From an uncultured cyanobacterium (lineage in GTDB: Bacteria; Cyanobacteriota; Cyanobacteriia; Cyanobacteriales; Cyanobacteriaceae): a stretch of DNA of 64,000 nucleotides. The stretch spans positions 832,001 to 896,000 of the forward strand of contig CAVQBA010000004.1 in NCBI GenBank assembly GCA_963710605.1. The letters run 5' to 3'. Under the pieces are notes generated by a model. The model made no database searches and was not told where the DNA came from. It saw nothing but the letters and a program-made list of their open reading frames with translations. Shown here one piece after another: positions 62,438 to 64,000 of this stretch (positions within the stretch are counted from its first letter, which is position 1; each line of letters begins with the position of its first letter). The translations under genes were made by a program, and so were the position numbers.

Positions 62438-64000
62438 ATGGCAAAATATATTATTACATTTATCAAATCACTAAAAAAAATATCTCTTATTCTTAAATTT
62501 TATCCTTGGGGAATACCTTTGGTAATTATATTAGGTATGTTAAGTTCTTTAGTTGAGGGAGTAGCAATTACCTTATTAATTCCTTTCTTTAAATATTTAG
62601 AATCTCAGCAAAATGTTGCTATTAATAATCCGATATTTAGTCAATTCAATCAATTTTTATTATTGTTTGCACCAGAAAGAAGAATTTTAGTTATTACAGC
62701 CTTAATTTTCTGTTCTATTTTTCTAAAAATATTATTATCTTTTTTATATATTTCTCTATGTAAATGGTTACAATTTAATACTTTACATAAATTACGTTTT
62801 CAAATTTATCAACAATTAATTAAAGTTAGTCAAAGTTTTTGGGATTTGAATAAAACTGGAGAATTAATTAATATTATAGAACAACAAACATTTTTATCTA
62901 GTCAAGCTTTAAACTATTTTATTTGGCTTAATATTAATTTGTCTATAATTTTAGTTTTTGGTTTATTTTTATTATTCATATCTTGGCAATTAACATTATT
63001 AATGATGTTAGCTTTTCTCTTAATATTTCTTATCTCTTATGCTCTCACCAGAAAAATAAAAGTATTAAGTAAACAAGATGTAGAAAGTAGTCTTAATCTT
63101 TCTCAAATAGTATTAGAAACTTTTACAGGCATCAAAACAGTACAAAGTTTTGGGAAGGAAAAGTATATGGAGAAACTATATAAAAATACATCTTTAAAAC
63201 ATAAAAATATTAAGATTAAATTAGGTATAGAAATAATGAAAGTAGATCCAATCGTCGAAGGATTAGCTGTATCTGTATTAGTAGGCATAATGGTTATTAA
63301 TATTAGCAATTCATTTAGTTTACCGATTTTAGTTACTTTTGTTTTTATGCTATACCGTTTGCAACCTCAAGTTAAACAAGTTAATTCTAATTTGACTGAA
63401 CTCATGGCGATGCTTAATTCGATCGATCAAGTTTATTCTCTATTAAATCTAACTTCGCAAAATTATATTATTTCTGGAAATCAATATTTTACTAAATTAG
63501 AAAAAGGAATTACTTTCGATTCAGTTGTTTTTCATTATCAAGGAAAAAATAAACCCGCATTAAATAATATTTCTCTATTTATTCCTCAAGGTAAAACAAC
63601 AGCTTTTGTTGGTCATTCTGGTGCTGGAAAATCAACTTTAATTAACCTCATTTTTCGTTTTTATGATGTTACTTCTGGTACGATCTATATAGATAATTAT
63701 TCTTTACCAGAACTGGATTTATCTTCTTGGCGACGTGATATTGCGATCGTCAGTCAAGATGTACATATTTTTAATGATACAGTCAAAAATAATATTGCTT
63801 ATGGTTGCCCTAATGCTAGTGATGAAGAAATAATATTGGCTTCCATACAAGCCCATTGCGATGAATTTATTAACCAACTTCCTCAAGGATATAATACTTT
63901 TATTGGAGATAGAGGTATTTTACTTTCTGGGGGACAAAAACAAAGACTTTCTATTGCAAGGGCAATTTTATGTAATCCAGATATTTTGATTTTAGACGAA
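62438..64000 (+). CDS. ABC exporter, fused permease/ATPase (MsbA/HepA-like); runs off window end
   Basis: My translation from ATG 62438 shows a TM domain, GHSGAGKST, LSGGQKQR and ILILDE at 64000. Very AT-rich, possibly the start of a polysaccharide locus. Confidence 0.9.
   Translation, partial: MAKYIITFIKSLKKISLILKFYPWGIPLVIILGMLSSLVEGVAITLLIPFFKYLESQQNVAINNPIFSQFNQFLLLFAPERRILVITALIFCSIFLKILLSFLYISLCKWLQFNTLHKLRFQIYQQLIKVSQSFWDLNKTGELINIIEQQTFLSSQALNYFIWLNINLSIILVFGLFLLFISWQLTLLMMLAFLLIFLISYALTRKIKVLSKQDVESSLNLSQIVLETFTGIKTVQSFGKEKYMEKLYKNTSLKHKNIKIKLGIEIMKVDPIVEGLAVSVLVGIMVINISNSFSLPILVTFVFMLYRLQPQVKQVNSNLTELMAMLNSIDQVYSLLNLTSQNYIISGNQYFTKLEKGITFDSVVFHYQGKNKPALNNISLFIPQGKTTAFVGHSGAGKSTLINLIFRFYDVTSGTIYIDNYSLPELDLSSWRRDIAIVSQDVHIFNDTVKNNIAYGCPNASDEEIILASIQAHCDEFINQLPQGYNTFIGDRGILLSGGQKQRLSIARAILCNPDILILDE

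Overview
This is an AT-rich cyanobacterial chromosomal segment. It resembles Chroococcales such as Cyanobacterium/Geminocystis, judged from gene content, abundant CGATCG (HIP1-core) sites and heptamer tandem repeats; the taxon is an inference. Most of it is housekeeping: tadA, uvrB, fmt, larC, a ParC/GyrA paralog, pyrG, ilvD, ldhA, cbiMNQ under a cobalamin riboswitch, sbcC, the slr0373/ycf46/DUF1257-type operon, spkB, surE, rplS-tRNA(Trp)-secE-nusG-rplK-rplA, nanE, a Ski2/HelY helicase, a radical SAM protein and partial ClC and ABC transporter genes. It also carries tRNA-Ser(GGA), tRNA-Ala(GGC) and tRNA-Trp(CCA). No CRISPR array, prophage, integrase or intact transposase was seen. Features absent from the ORF track include a 51-aa PirA-like gene with a perfect NtcA box, a 64-bp copy of the tadA 5' end bracketing a two-gene cassette, and a beta-propeller phytase-like gene with an SGNH hydrolase nested inside it. 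Also absent from the track are an in-frame internally deleted TrxB-like gene, a ~290-nt structured intergenic RNA candidate and several MITE/REP-like repeat families. Three single-base lesions (fmt, cbiQ, phytase gene) may be assembly errors. I found no clearly new multi-gene system. The best candidates are the structured RNA at ~53.9-54.15 kb, the nested phytase/SGNH protein, the tadA-bracketed cassette and the DUF202-DUF202-lipid kinase-ldhA cluster.
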